A stretch of DNA of 64,000 nt from an uncultured Gammaproteobacteria bacterium (GTDB lineage: Bacteria; Patescibacteriota; Microgenomatia; UBA10105; UBA927), in contig CAZKLT010000001.1 in NCBI GenBank assembly GCA_964553825.1, positions 51,423-115,422 on the forward strand. The letters run 5' to 3'. The notes below the pieces were generated by a model. The model worked only from the letters and a program-made list of their open reading frames with translations, was not told the DNA's origin and did no database searches. The translations under genes and the position numbers were made by a program. Below are positions 20,492 to 30,216 of this stretch, piece by piece (the first letter of the stretch is position 1; each line of letters begins with the position of its first letter).

Positions 20492-21430
20492 TTATCCTCC
20501 AATGCCGTATACCACCAGGAAAACACTTGCAGTCCACAAGAGAACCGTCGTAAGGAGCGGTAGATCTGAGGTGAGAATTTTTTCGGGCGACTCCCCCTTT
20601 CCTTCATAGATTAATTGCATATATCGCATGATTCCGTACAGAACGAACGGAATTGTGATCATCATCCATTTACGCTCTGGAAGGTCTGAGGTGAATTCCG
20701 AATAATTCCGGAAAATGAACCCCTGATAAATCGGTCGTTCCAGAAACGTATAAAAGGCATAGGTAATGAAGGTTGAATTGGCGAACATAGCCGTATATGT
20801 GTCCAACAGCTTTTCGGAATAGTGCGAAAGGCTGGTTCTGGTGTCGTGTGGCAGGACGCCTTTGTATCCCTGTACGAGCGTCAGTTCAGCACGGCGTTTT
20901 CCGATCGCGAGAAACAGAGCAAGTGAAAGAGCGGCAAGAGCAAGCCATACGGAGATGTGATAGCCGCTTGCGGCCTCGCCAGCGTAGACGCGTAGAAAAT
21001 AGGCTGCCGTAATGGCGAGAATATCGATCACGCTTATGTGCTTGAGAAACAACGTATATGAGTATTGAAGGATAACAAACAGCACTGCAAGGAGGAAAAA
21101 TCCGCGACCCAGCGAGGCTGCGGTGATAAGTCCCAGGGTTACGAATGCTACGGAGGAAGCAATCGCCAGACTTGGTGAAAGCATACCGCTGGCGACAGGA
21201 CGGAATTTTTTAAACGGGTGCTTGCGGTCGCGGGAGGCATCCATGACGTCATTGAAGATATAGTTGGAAGATGATAACAAGCAAAAAGAGATAAAACCGA
21301 AGAATGTCGCTGATAGTGCCTCTGCGCTAAATATATGTCCCGTGATAAGGATGGTCGTAAATAAGGCTAAGTTTTTCAGCCACTGTCGGGGTCTTGCTGT
21401 TTTGAGAATTGCGAAAAGAATGCGACCCAT
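20492..21430 (-). CDS. Decaprenyl-phosphate 5-phosphoribosyltransferase homologue (UbiA superfamily, DPPR synthase-like)
   Basis: ARPRQWLKN...NDVMDASRDRKHPFKKFRPVASG...KHISVIDI...IGKRRAEL...IPFVLYGIMRY closely parallels mycobacterial Rv3806c/UbiA motifs. The track start at 21610 is GTG, so the ATG at 21430 (MGRILF) is preferred. Confidence 0.8.
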   Translation of the reverse strand: MGRILFAILKTARPRQWLKNLALFTTILITGHIFSAEALSATFFGFISFCLLSSSNYIFNDVMDASRDRKHPFKKFRPVASGMLSPSLAIASSVAFVTLGLITAASLGRGFFLLAVLFVILQYSYTLFLKHISVIDILAITAAYFLRVYAGEAASGYHISVWLALAALSLALFLAIGKRRAELTLVQGYKGVLPHDTRTSLSHYSEKLLDTYTAMFANSTFITYAFYTFLERPIYQGFIFRNYSEFTSDLPERKWMMITIPFVLYGIMRYMQLIYEGKGESPEKILTSDLPLLTTVLLWTASVFLVVYGIGG

Positions 21431-22458
21431 AATGAAAATGCTAAAAATCCGACCCCCACAAGAAGAAACGCAAATAATTTTTGTTGACTTGTGACGGTAA
21501 GCGCTATCACACCAAGTATAGCCGACACCCCCCAGTAAAACAAGGCAATTCGCCGCTTCCCCCAGCCTAAATCCAGGAGTCGGTGATGCAGATGTCCCCT
21601 GTCTGCCCACACGGGTGATTGTTTTTTTCCGATGCGCCGTATAAGAGTAAAGACCGCGTCGGTCATAGGAATGCCTAAGACAAGAAGCGCCGTTCCGAGT
21701 TTCCCATACGAAAGTATTCCCAGAACAGCAAGAAGAAAACCAGCAAGTGTTTTACCGCCATAGCCGGGCATAATTTTTTGAGGATAGAAATTCCATGGAA
21801 TAAATCCACTGAAGGCACCCGCGATAATAAATGCTAAGACCGTAACGGTGAGTTGGCTGGGATCAGAAACCGCAAACCGTAGTGACAGAAGGCCCAACAC
21901 AAAAGCGCTTATTGCCACAAATCCTGGCATTTGGCCGTCAACACCTGCTGACCATCCGACAATATTCATAGTCCACATTATCCATAAAAATGCGAATATA
22001 TCCGCCCATACTAAAAGAGAGTGGCTTCCGAAAAGATCAAACGATATGCGAAACGTATCCAGGGGTATTACCCCTCCTGCCAGTGGGTTCGTGATATAGG
22101 GAATTCCGGCTCCAGCGAGGACAACGATGATTGCAGCAAGCGCATTGGTTCCAAGTCGAACATATGGGCTTATGTCGTGATGATCGTCGATAAGACCTAT
22201 GGTTACTAGGAGTGCCGAGCCCAGCATGATGCCAATAAGAATTTTTGTCATTGGCAACAGGATTATTATCGGGATGAAGATTCCAAATATGATCGCAAGT
22301 CCTCCCGCCCTTGGGATAATTCCCTTGTGCGTATGGGCCGGATGGAACCGTTTTTTGGGGTCATCGACCAGCTTATATTTCCGGGCAAAGTGGATAACCA
22401 TTGGGGTAATTCCAAGCGTTATGAAAAATGCGCTGGCAAACGGTAACAAAAAATTCAT
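21376..22458 (-). CDS. Polyprenyl-phosphate N-acetylhexosamine-1-phosphate transferase (MraY/WecA family, GT4)
   Basis: Multi-TM. LIDDHHDISP (DDxxD), MNIVGWSAGVDG and HLHHRL motifs are typical of the WecA/TagO/MraY family. Confidence 0.8.
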   Translation of the reverse strand: MNFLLPFASAFFITLGITPMVIHFARKYKLVDDPKKRFHPAHTHKGIIPRAGGLAIIFGIFIPIIILLPMTKILIGIMLGSALLVTIGLIDDHHDISPYVRLGTNALAAIIVVLAGAGIPYITNPLAGGVIPLDTFRISFDLFGSHSLLVWADIFAFLWIMWTMNIVGWSAGVDGQMPGFVAISAFVLGLLSLRFAVSDPSQLTVTVLAFIIAGAFSGFIPWNFYPQKIMPGYGGKTLAGFLLAVLGILSYGKLGTALLVLGIPMTDAVFTLIRRIGKKQSPVWADRGHLHHRLLDLGWGKRRIALFYWGVSAILGVIALTVTSQQKLFAFLLVGVGFLAFSLWVAFFSQFSKQQDPDSG

Positions 22459-22461
22459 GCG

Positions 22462-22842
22462 TTACGTGATAAGAAAAAGAATTTTGGCAAGAGCGACGAA
22501 TGACAACAACGCAACAATAAGAGATGTCAGGAATGCTATCTGCGAAAAAATGAGATATTCAGAGAGAAGATAAATTGCCAAAAGCGAATTTAAGACATAG
22601 AGAAATAGACTGCCAAGGGGCAGCAATAGAAGGAGTGCCGGGTGTGCAAGCTGGTCGCTGCCCCATGGTTGCGAATACCAGAGAGGAACCTGTGCCGGTA
22701 GCGACCGATACTTGATCAATAACAAAACAAACGAAAGGATTGTAACCCCAAAAACAATTTTTGAGGATAGCCCGATGATCCAGTTGGAGTTCATCTGTTT
22801 CCATGCACTTTGGGCCTCTTTTGTGTGGAGTTGTACTTTCAT
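22462..22842 (-). CDS. Small hypothetical membrane protein (126 aa)
   Basis: Three to four hydrophobic helices. Sits between the GT-C and WecA-like genes on the same strand. Confidence 0.4.
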   Translation of the reverse strand: MKVQLHTKEAQSAWKQMNSNWIIGLSSKIVFGVTILSFVLLLIKYRSLPAQVPLWYSQPWGSDQLAHPALLLLLPLGSLFLYVLNSLLAIYLLSEYLIFSQIAFLTSLIVALLSFVALAKILFLIT

Positions 22843-22847
22843 ACCTG

Positions 22848-24197
22848 TTACCGAGCTCCGGAAGGTTTTGTGTTTTGTTGCGAAATGGGCGCTTGGTACG
22901 AAATGTCGTAGGTTCCGTCCTGATGAATAATAAACGCCCGAATCGGGTAGGGAGGCAAATCATAAGCGATATTTGATGCGGACATAATGATATCACCTAT
23001 ATACCAGGGAAATGCTTCGCGTTGCGGATTGTACCAGTAAACGCCTGAAGCGGTAGTGTTGTAGTACATAGCTTCAAAGAGGATGAGTGGGCTATCGGTC
23101 ATGATGACATCGCGTTCTGTCGCCATAGCGTTAATTTGAGCGAGCGTATCTCGCATTGTGCCCTTCGGGCGCAGCGGAGCATACCAAAGATTGAATCCCA
23201 ACACGAAAAGCAGTGCTACAGTTGCAGCGCCTTTCTGCAGATGCGTATTTTTAATTTGTTCGATGGCCAGAACAATAAGAAAGATCAGAGCAATGGAGGC
23301 GAAGATAACATACCGCATAACAAAGAGCGGTTTTATTAGTGAAACACCGAGAATTATTATAAGAGGCAAAAAAACCATCAGAAAAAAGAATGCATTTCGC
23401 TCTCGAGTTTTTAGAGGAATGAGTGTCGAGATTGAGATAACGAGCAGGATGAGGGAGAGTCTTGCAGTGTGCTGCCACAGATACCATGGTGTCCCCTCAT
23501 AGCCAATGAATACGTTTCCCAGCACCGACTTTATGAGTTGCATGTCTACGGGAAAATACCAGGAATACTTTAACCTGTGCAAATCAATAACTGCTTTTGT
23601 CATCCATGGGATAAACGCAACGAAAACCGTAGCAAACGATCGGAGCATGGGATCAGCGAGTACTGACCGGATCGTCCATTTTTGGGAATGCTTCGATCGA
23701 TAGGTCAAGTAGTGAATTCCCTGAACAAGCGGAATGAATGCCATATAGGCGTGTGTATACATGCCAAGGGTCGTTGCCAAAATATGCCACGGGTATTTGC
23801 GTTCCATATACGTAAACATGGACGCCACAGCAAAAAACATATACCAGCCATACGCCCGTATTTCGAATGCATAATATAAAAGCATAGGGTTAAAAAAGAA
23901 AAAGACAGGAAGAAACCAAGAGAGCCAGTGTTTCTTGAATATACGTTCGGCCCAAAAAATAACCAGCACGGTAGCCAGGCTAAATCCGACAAGTGAGAGG
24001 CTTCGTGCGGCTATTTCGCCGGTACCAAAAAGCTTCATCCAGATATGGAGAAATACGTAATAGAGCGGTGGTTCAAAGGAGATAGATGTGATAAATGAGC
24101 TTATCGGTCTTTGCGCCAAAAGGAGGGAAAACGCTTCATCTCGCCATATGCCTTGAGTGAGATAGAGAAGCGGACTATGCGATAAGAGGAATTCCAT
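22848..24197 (-). CDS. GT-C fold membrane glycosyltransferase (ArnT/PMT-like, polyprenyl-phosphate-sugar dependent)
   Basis: Multi-TM N-terminal domain with early GIWRDEAFS (DE motif in the first extracytoplasmic loop) and a soluble C-terminal domain. This architecture is typical of GT39/GT83-type GT-C enzymes. Confidence 0.65.
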   Translation of the reverse strand: MEFLLSHSPLLYLTQGIWRDEAFSLLLAQRPISSFITSISFEPPLYYVFLHIWMKLFGTGEIAARSLSLVGFSLATVLVIFWAERIFKKHWLSWFLPVFFFFNPMLLYYAFEIRAYGWYMFFAVASMFTYMERKYPWHILATTLGMYTHAYMAFIPLVQGIHYLTYRSKHSQKWTIRSVLADPMLRSFATVFVAFIPWMTKAVIDLHRLKYSWYFPVDMQLIKSVLGNVFIGYEGTPWYLWQHTARLSLILLVISISTLIPLKTRERNAFFFLMVFLPLIIILGVSLIKPLFVMRYVIFASIALIFLIVLAIEQIKNTHLQKGAATVALLFVLGFNLWYAPLRPKGTMRDTLAQINAMATERDVIMTDSPLILFEAMYYNTTASGVYWYNPQREAFPWYIGDIIMSASNIAYDLPPYPIRAFIIHQDGTYDISYQAPISQQNTKPSGAR

Positions 24198-24204
24198 GGA
24201 TCTA

Positions 24205-25686
24205 TTATACTTTTTCTGTCACCCTATATTCTAATCTTTTTCCGAGGATCATGCGCGTGTGGGCATCCAGACCCGGTAGCGCTGCCAGGAAGAACGATAC
24301 AATCGGAACGGTAAGCCACTGAATGTAGAGAAACGGTAATCGCCACGAACTAAAATCTTTCGGGCGCGGCGGCTTGGTGCGCCAATCAAGAATGATAATA
24401 ATGAAAAGGAAAATAAGGGATAGTGTCAGAATTCCGGATGAAAGTTGGGATAAATTGTGTCCAAGAACTGTTCGGCCAAACGCCGGATTTACCAAAGGCG
24501 GCAGAACGCTTCCGATCGTGAGAATAAACCAATTTGATGGCCAAAACACATGCTGTTCCAAGAGCTGCAGTACCCGACGCAAACGATCGGACGGTGGAAT
24601 TTCATTATGCATTACTGCACTTTTTACGACATAGGGAACGTCTGAAATTCCCCATGCCCACCGTTTTGACTGTTCGTACTGATTGATCATCGTTCGCCAG
24701 AATCCGTGGCTCTCGGCGGAATCAAGAAGTAACGGAAGGAAGATGCTTTTTGTTCGAACCCGTTCTCCCAGGGTGAAATATACTTTGAAAAACATGTGAT
24801 AGTCCTCCGGAATAACATCTACTGCCCAGAAGCCTGCCTTCATAGCGGTAGATAATCCCAACGAATAGGTCGAAAAATTGATGAGCTTATTCTTCTGGGA
24901 CAACATTGCCAGATTTGAAATGCTAAACATGGTATTAACAACACGGCTCGGAAGCGGAATGCGCCAGATATTATTGTAGAAAAGAATCGCCCCTTGGTAG
25001 AAATGATACTCGCGTTCGGGATCCTTCAGATACGAATGAGCAAGATACGAGAAGTATTTCGGATGGAGCAGTGCGTCAGCATCGCAGGATGTTATGGTCG
25101 TGAATGCAACAGGAATGCGCCATTCTTTAAGTTTCGCAACCGCCTGTCGAGCGGCGTGAGCCATATTTGATGATTTGCCTGCGACCTCCCCTGGTTTCAA
25201 TTCATGGCTCGTAACAAGAAATTTACCGAATTTTTTAGCGAATTCTTTGGTAAGAATTTTTCCGGTTTGCGTGGCCTCGGGATCTTTGGCTTCCGTTGCT
25301 AGAACGATAATGAGTTTTTCCTTGGGAAAATCCTGTTTTGTCAGATTATCAAGGGTCCGTTCGAGGATATGAAGCGGTTCATGGTATTCGGGAATTATCA
25401 CAATGTGATAGAGATCCCGGAAATTTGGTAGGATTTTTGCCATTGATAGCCAGTCGATTTTTACATGGGCATTCATGGTAACGAACGATTTGATAGCGTG
25501 GACGGCAAGGGTAAATGATTTGTAGAACCAGAAGACATCAAAGGTGATTATCAGATATGCTACGAGTGCCGGATGCCAAAAAGAAAGCCACAGAGGCATG
25601 GTGATGAGGAGCCAGGACAGGCTTGGGATGATTACTTCCAGAAATCGTGTAGTTCTTACGGGATAACGATTGAAAAAATAGCGCAT
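24205..25686 (-). CDS. Processive family-2 glycosyltransferase (cellulose/chitin-synthase-like)
   Basis: TSCDADALL (DxD), ED motif and QYEQSKRWAWG (QxxRW) embedded between TM helices. Confidence 0.75.
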   Translation of the reverse strand: MRYFFNRYPVRTTRFLEVIIPSLSWLLITMPLWLSFWHPALVAYLIITFDVFWFYKSFTLAVHAIKSFVTMNAHVKIDWLSMAKILPNFRDLYHIVIIPEYHEPLHILERTLDNLTKQDFPKEKLIIVLATEAKDPEATQTGKILTKEFAKKFGKFLVTSHELKPGEVAGKSSNMAHAARQAVAKLKEWRIPVAFTTITSCDADALLHPKYFSYLAHSYLKDPEREYHFYQGAILFYNNIWRIPLPSRVVNTMFSISNLAMLSQKNKLINFSTYSLGLSTAMKAGFWAVDVIPEDYHMFFKVYFTLGERVRTKSIFLPLLLDSAESHGFWRTMINQYEQSKRWAWGISDVPYVVKSAVMHNEIPPSDRLRRVLQLLEQHVFWPSNWFILTIGSVLPPLVNPAFGRTVLGHNLSQLSSGILTLSLIFLFIIIILDWRTKPPRPKDFSSWRLPFLYIQWLTVPIVSFFLAALPGLDAHTRMILGKRLEYRVTEKV

Positions 25687-25699
25687 AGTAACAGGCTAA

Positions 25700-26482
25700 T
25701 TATATCACGGGCAACCCAAACAAAGATTGCGCTGACTGCGTCGTCGTATTTTCTATATCTGTTTGCTGTTTTCCTAAAACATCGGCTATTTTTGCGGCGA
25801 TGAGTGGTATATATTGAGGCTCGTTTCTGGTTCCGCGATGTGGAACCGGCGTAAGGTATGGCGCGTCTGTCTCGAGTACGATCATCGAAAGAGGAATGCT
25901 TGCTACGATTGCTGCCAGCTGTTTGGAATAGGTAATGTTTCCATCAATGCCCAGGAAAAGGTTGTGGCGTTTGGCCTCACGCATTTCCTGTAGTCCGCCC
26001 GAAAAACAATGAATGACTCCGCGAACGGAGGGTCCTTCTTCCAGGACTGAGAAAAAATCATCGAATGCATTCCTGCAATGCATAATAACAGGGAGGTTGT
26101 ACTTTGCGGCAAGATGAAGATGCTCCGCAAACAGGGCTCTTTGCTGCTGTTTTTTTCCGAGGGCTGGCTCTCCCTTATACAGGTGGTAATCCAAACCGCA
26201 TTCTCCGATCGCGACCACTCCGTCTGCATTTTTTCCTTGGAGAAGTCGTTCAATATCCCGAATGTCCGGAGAATATGCGGCTTCGTACGGATGAAAACCA
26301 ACGGATGCAAAAACAGTGCCGCGGTTGGCATCGGCAAGTTCGATTGCCAGCCGGGATGACAGAAGGTTGACCCCGGGAACGATGCACATGCGCACATTTT
26401 GCGCTATGGCATTTGTCAAAACTTCATTTCTGTCGTTTTGAAACTGCTCAAGCTGAAGGTGGCAGTGTGTATCGATATACAT
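25700..26482 (-). CDS. tatD: TatD family metal-dependent hydrolase/DNase
   Basis: MYIDTHCHLQ...GFHPYEA...GECGLDY...HCF..G are the TatD signatures. Confidence 0.85.
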   Translation of the reverse strand: MYIDTHCHLQLEQFQNDRNEVLTNAIAQNVRMCIVPGVNLLSSRLAIELADANRGTVFASVGFHPYEAAYSPDIRDIERLLQGKNADGVVAIGECGLDYHLYKGEPALGKKQQQRALFAEHLHLAAKYNLPVIMHCRNAFDDFFSVLEEGPSVRGVIHCFSGGLQEMREAKRHNLFLGIDGNITYSKQLAAIVASIPLSMIVLETDAPYLTPVPHRGTRNEPQYIPLIAAKIADVLGKQQTDIENTTTQSAQSLFGLPVI

Positions 26483-26512
26483 ACTTTTATAAACGTAACA
26501 AATTAACTCTTT

Positions 26513-27949
26513 TTATGATAGGCGGGGGAATAAAGGAGGTTGAGCCTTGATAGTCGGACTCGAAAATTGGTTAAGAATGGTTGCCGACGTTTGCGGGAGA
26601 AAGGGTTGAAGGAGAATTGCGATTTCTGCAATCTGGGCGATTGCGATTGTCAGGATATCTGCCAAATCATCGCCGGTACGTTTCCACGGTTGCTTATCAT
26701 TAATGAGTTGATCAGTTGCTTTTATTTTATCCCAAATAATACTTAATGCATCATGAAGGCGATACTCATCCATCGCATGTTGGAACGCTGATGGCGCTAC
26801 CTCGGAAAAAGTTTTTTTCGTTACCTCAAGGCGTATCGGGGCCGCAAGCTTAGCTACGCGAGAGATGAGGTTGCCTAATCCGTTTGCAAGATCCGCATTA
26901 TACAACTCGATAAACCTTCGTTCGGAATAGTCTCCGTCGCCATAGGAGGGTATTTCGCGGAGCAGATAATACCGAACAGCGTCCGATCCAAACCGGTCAA
27001 TAACGCCGACCGGATCCACGACGTTGCCAACGGTTTTGCTCATTTTCTGGCCATCAACCGTGAGATATCCGTGTACGAAAAGGCGCTTGGGGATTTGTAG
27101 CCCGGCGGATTGAAGAATTGCCGGCCAGTAGATCGCGTGAAATCGGAGTATCCCCTTCCCAATGACCATAAGATCAGCTGGGGCCCATTGAGAGAATAAC
27201 GCATCATCCCACCCGAAGCCTATCCCGCTGTGATAAATATTGAGCGCGTCGAACCATACATACATAATCTGACTCGCGTCACCGGGTACCGGGACGCCCC
27301 ATCCTTTTGCACGGGTGTGGCTTCGTGAAACGGAGAAGTCTTCCAATCCTCTTTTCACGAAGGCGAGTGCTTCATTTTTTCGAATTTTAGGAACTATTTT
27401 CAGTTCATCATTTTCAATGAGGTTCACAAAAAAATCCTGGTAGTTTGATAATCTGAAGAAGTAATTTTCTTCGGATACTTTTTCCAGTTTTCGTCCCGGA
27501 TGTTCAAAGCACTCGCCATTTTTATCGATCTCGTCCGCTGCATAGAAGGATTCACATCCTACGCAGTAGAGTCCTTCGTATGATTTTTTGTATATGTCTC
27601 CTTTTGCCACGCAACGTTCCCAAAGTTTTTGGGAAGACGGGAAATGATGCGTGCGATCTGTCCCGCGTTGCCAGAAGTCAAAATGAACATCCAGCTTTTT
27701 GGCGACGTCAACAAATTCTTTCTGATGAAGATCACAGAAGGTCTGCGGATTCATGTTTGCCTTTTCGGCCGCTTGGACGATTTTTAGTGCGTTTTCATCT
27801 GCGCCACATAAATAGGCAACGTCACGGCCCAGGAGCGTTTGGTATCGGCGGATCGTGTCTGCATAAACAAATTCCTGTGCATGTCCAATATGCGGAGCGG
27901 CATTTACATAGGGAATTGCGCTATGAAGATAGTATTTCTTGGGCGACAT
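26513..27949 (-). CDS. metG: Methionine--tRNA ligase (short form, no C-terminal tRNA-binding extension)
   Basis: HIGHAQ (HIGH), KMSKTVGNVV (KMSKS) and a CxxC zinc knuckle in the connective peptide. Confidence 0.9.
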   Translation of the reverse strand: MSPKKYYLHSAIPYVNAAPHIGHAQEFVYADTIRRYQTLLGRDVAYLCGADENALKIVQAAEKANMNPQTFCDLHQKEFVDVAKKLDVHFDFWQRGTDRTHHFPSSQKLWERCVAKGDIYKKSYEGLYCVGCESFYAADEIDKNGECFEHPGRKLEKVSEENYFFRLSNYQDFFVNLIENDELKIVPKIRKNEALAFVKRGLEDFSVSRSHTRAKGWGVPVPGDASQIMYVWFDALNIYHSGIGFGWDDALFSQWAPADLMVIGKGILRFHAIYWPAILQSAGLQIPKRLFVHGYLTVDGQKMSKTVGNVVDPVGVIDRFGSDAVRYYLLREIPSYGDGDYSERRFIELYNADLANGLGNLISRVAKLAAPIRLEVTKKTFSEVAPSAFQHAMDEYRLHDALSIIWDKIKATDQLINDKQPWKRTGDDLADILTIAIAQIAEIAILLQPFLPQTSATILNQFSSPTIKAQPPLFPRLS

Positions 27950-27958
27950 GAGCTCATT

Positions 27959-28327
27959 TTACCGTTTATCGAGGTATACCTCAAGCGAAATCAGGCTCGC
28001 AGCAAGCAAGATGACGTATACAGGCTCCCGCAGTTCGATGAGCCGTAGGAAGAAAAAAATTATGACTCCTATTCCTGCAAGCAGTGCGCGTCTTGGTGAT
28101 CGCGTTAAAAAAAAGATAAACGAAAAAACGGAAAGAAAAATCAGAAGGAAAAGCCCGATGACTTTATTGGTGTCCGGAGGAAACGAGTGTGTGAGCCATC
28201 CTATAGCAGAAAGGCCGGTGACGGCGACGAGGAGAGAGGCTACATTTCTTTCTTTTTTCATTTGTGATATATCTAACACTATGAGTATTTCGCTCGACAT
28301 GCTCGTCCAGTACTCAAAGCGTATCAT
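27959..28327 (-). CDS. Hypothetical membrane protein (122 aa)
   Basis: ATG start. Three predicted TM helices. Lies immediately upstream of metG on the same strand. The overlapping plus-strand ORF 27939-28628 is less plausible. Confidence 0.35.
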   Translation of the reverse strand: MIRFEYWTSMSSEILIVLDISQMKKERNVASLLVAVTGLSAIGWLTHSFPPDTNKVIGLFLLIFLSVFSFIFFLTRSPRRALLAGIGVIIFFFLRLIELREPVYVILLAASLISLEVYLDKR

Positions 28328-28709
28328 ATTCCTTTGCCTTTTCGCTTTGTTTGTTGCGCAGATTGCGGTACATCGGTTTGACCCCTCTCATCCCAAGGCT
28401 TTGACAAACGAATGTATCCAGACGACCGTTACAATGCTCCAAAAAAACGGATGGATTGTCTGGCTTGCCGTTGTGGCGGCATCGTTGTGGCGGCGACATG
28501 ATCTGGGCACTGTGCTTGATCGATTTGGGACATCATCACCTTCTTTCCGGAAAAACGAATTATTTGTAGATGATCCTATACGTCGCGCTCTTCGGGAGGG
28601 CAGGCTCAGACGACTGACATATCATTAATTGCTCCGTATTCTTCCGCACAGCGAGCCGTGCCCGCTCTTCAATACAATAATGGTACGGATATTTATTAGG
28701 AGGTATCAC

Positions 28710-29330
28710 ATGGAAAAAATAAAATATGCAGGAGTTGCTCTAGGAATTGCCTTATTCGTCGCTGGGCCTGTGTCAGCCCACATAACAGTACAGCCGAAGG
28801 AGGCAGTCGCGGGGTATTCCGTTTCTGTCATTCGCGTGCCGAATGAAAAAGATGTCGCAACGACCAACGTGCGCGTGGTGGTGCCGGAGGGCGTGGATGT
28901 TCATGGCATTATGCCTATTGCCGGTTGGCAATATTCTGTGAAGCGGGAAACGCCTCCTGAATCAAGTGCCAATACCGATGATCATGGAGGTGATGATCAT
29001 GCGGACTCCGGTAGAATTACTGAGGTTACCTGGTCAGGTGGAAAAATCGGTGCAGGGGAGTTTATGGAATTTCCTCTTTCGGTGCAGTACGCTGCAGGCA
29101 GCCAAAAGGTTGAATGGAAGGCGTATCAAACGTACGCGGGTGGCGAGATTGTTCCCTGGGACGGATCTGATGAGAAGCATCCGGCCCCAGTCGTAACTGT
29201 GGTATCGCAAGTATCACAGCCGGCAGCACCGGGTATGCAGGTGGTGAAGAATGACAAAGCAGTCTGGACGAGTGTCGTCGCGCTCCTGGTATCGGTCGGT
29301 GCATTTGCTGTCGCATTGAAGAAAAAATAA
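28710..29330 (+). CDS. YcnI-like (DUF1775) exported protein, C-terminally membrane-anchored; mature N-terminus predicted His
   Basis: TAGGAGG RBS. Signal peptide ...AGPVSA|HITVQPKEA is the hallmark N-terminus of the DUF1775/YcnI copper-binding family. C-terminal TM VWTSVVALLVSVGAFAVALKKK. Confidence 0.6.
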   Translation: MEKIKYAGVALGIALFVAGPVSAHITVQPKEAVAGYSVSVIRVPNEKDVATTNVRVVVPEGVDVHGIMPIAGWQYSVKRETPPESSANTDDHGGDDHADSGRITEVTWSGGKIGAGEFMEFPLSVQYAAGSQKVEWKAYQTYAGGEIVPWDGSDEKHPAPVVTVVSQVSQPAAPGMQVVKNDKAVWTSVVALLVSVGAFAVALKKK

Positions 29331-29342
29331 GCGGTAGTTACA

Positions 29343-30212
29343 ATGATGAACGTGAAGAGAATTGTGCAAAGCTGCATGGTGGTTCTAGTTGCCCTGATGG
29401 CGTCCCGGCTTATTGCCGGGACGCCCGTTCGGGCACACGGTTCTGGTCCGCCGTATGTGAAAATAAACGGAGATTATGCGCTTTCAAACCCCATCCTGAA
29501 TATAGCGCAGCCTACGAAGTTTACGGTGGGTGCTGACGTTGCTTCAGCGAGTGGATACCTTATTGGAAAACCTATAGCATTCTCGATAGATGAACAATTT
29601 TTTCCGAATCCCTATTTGCAGGCACAAAACCCATTTGGTTTACCCGTGACTAATGCCCCGGATGTTCCCAAGGCCTTGTTCCGTTGGGACTTTAAGGACG
29701 GATCTGCGCTCACGGAGGGAACAAGCGTTACTCATATTTTTACAAAACCGGGTACCTATGTTGTCGATTTGCAGGTGAAATTTGCAGGAAAAACTGAAGA
29801 ATACAGCACGGTAAACACTATCCAGATGGATGTGCTGCCGACACAATCATATACACGTCCTCAAGCGCGTATTCGGGTAAATGATACGACGATTGAAAAT
29901 CAGGAACGTGACACTGCTGACATTAAGCCTGCCGTTCCGGTTTCTTTCGATGCGTCAAATTCCGTGGGCTCGGTCGTGAAGTATGAATGGGATTTCGGGG
30001 ACGGGAAAGGATCACAAGAAAAAGTGACGACACATAGGTATTCCCGAGATGAGTATTTCCCGGTGGCCGTTCTGCGGGTCACGGATGAAAATAATATTGC
30101 TGCTGATACGTATGCGCTGCTCAATATGCCCTTTGAGAGGCCGAATATAATCTTGAAAATTTGGTATGCCATTTCGGATTTTGTGACCGGCATCTTTACT
30201 AAGAGTCAATAA
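29343..30212 (+). CDS. Secreted PKD-domain protein; mature N-terminus predicted His
   Basis: Signal peptide ...GTPVRA|HGSGPP. Two PKD-like motifs WDFKDGS and WDFGDGKG. Confidence 0.6.
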   Translation: MMNVKRIVQSCMVVLVALMASRLIAGTPVRAHGSGPPYVKINGDYALSNPILNIAQPTKFTVGADVASASGYLIGKPIAFSIDEQFFPNPYLQAQNPFGLPVTNAPDVPKALFRWDFKDGSALTEGTSVTHIFTKPGTYVVDLQVKFAGKTEEYSTVNTIQMDVLPTQSYTRPQARIRVNDTTIENQERDTADIKPAVPVSFDASNSVGSVVKYEWDFGDGKGSQEKVTTHRYSRDEYFPVAVLRVTDENNIAADTYALLNMPFERPNIILKIWYAISDFVTGIFTKSQ

Positions 30213-30216
30213 ACAT

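Noticed and set aside
27939-28628. 229-aa plus-strand ORF overlapping the metG start and the minus-strand membrane-protein ORF
   Set aside because: Its N-terminal half is a basic, low-complexity read-through opposite metG and the 27959-28327 ORF. Only the C-terminal part looks protein-like. I kept the minus-strand ORF as the more plausible gene but with low confidence.
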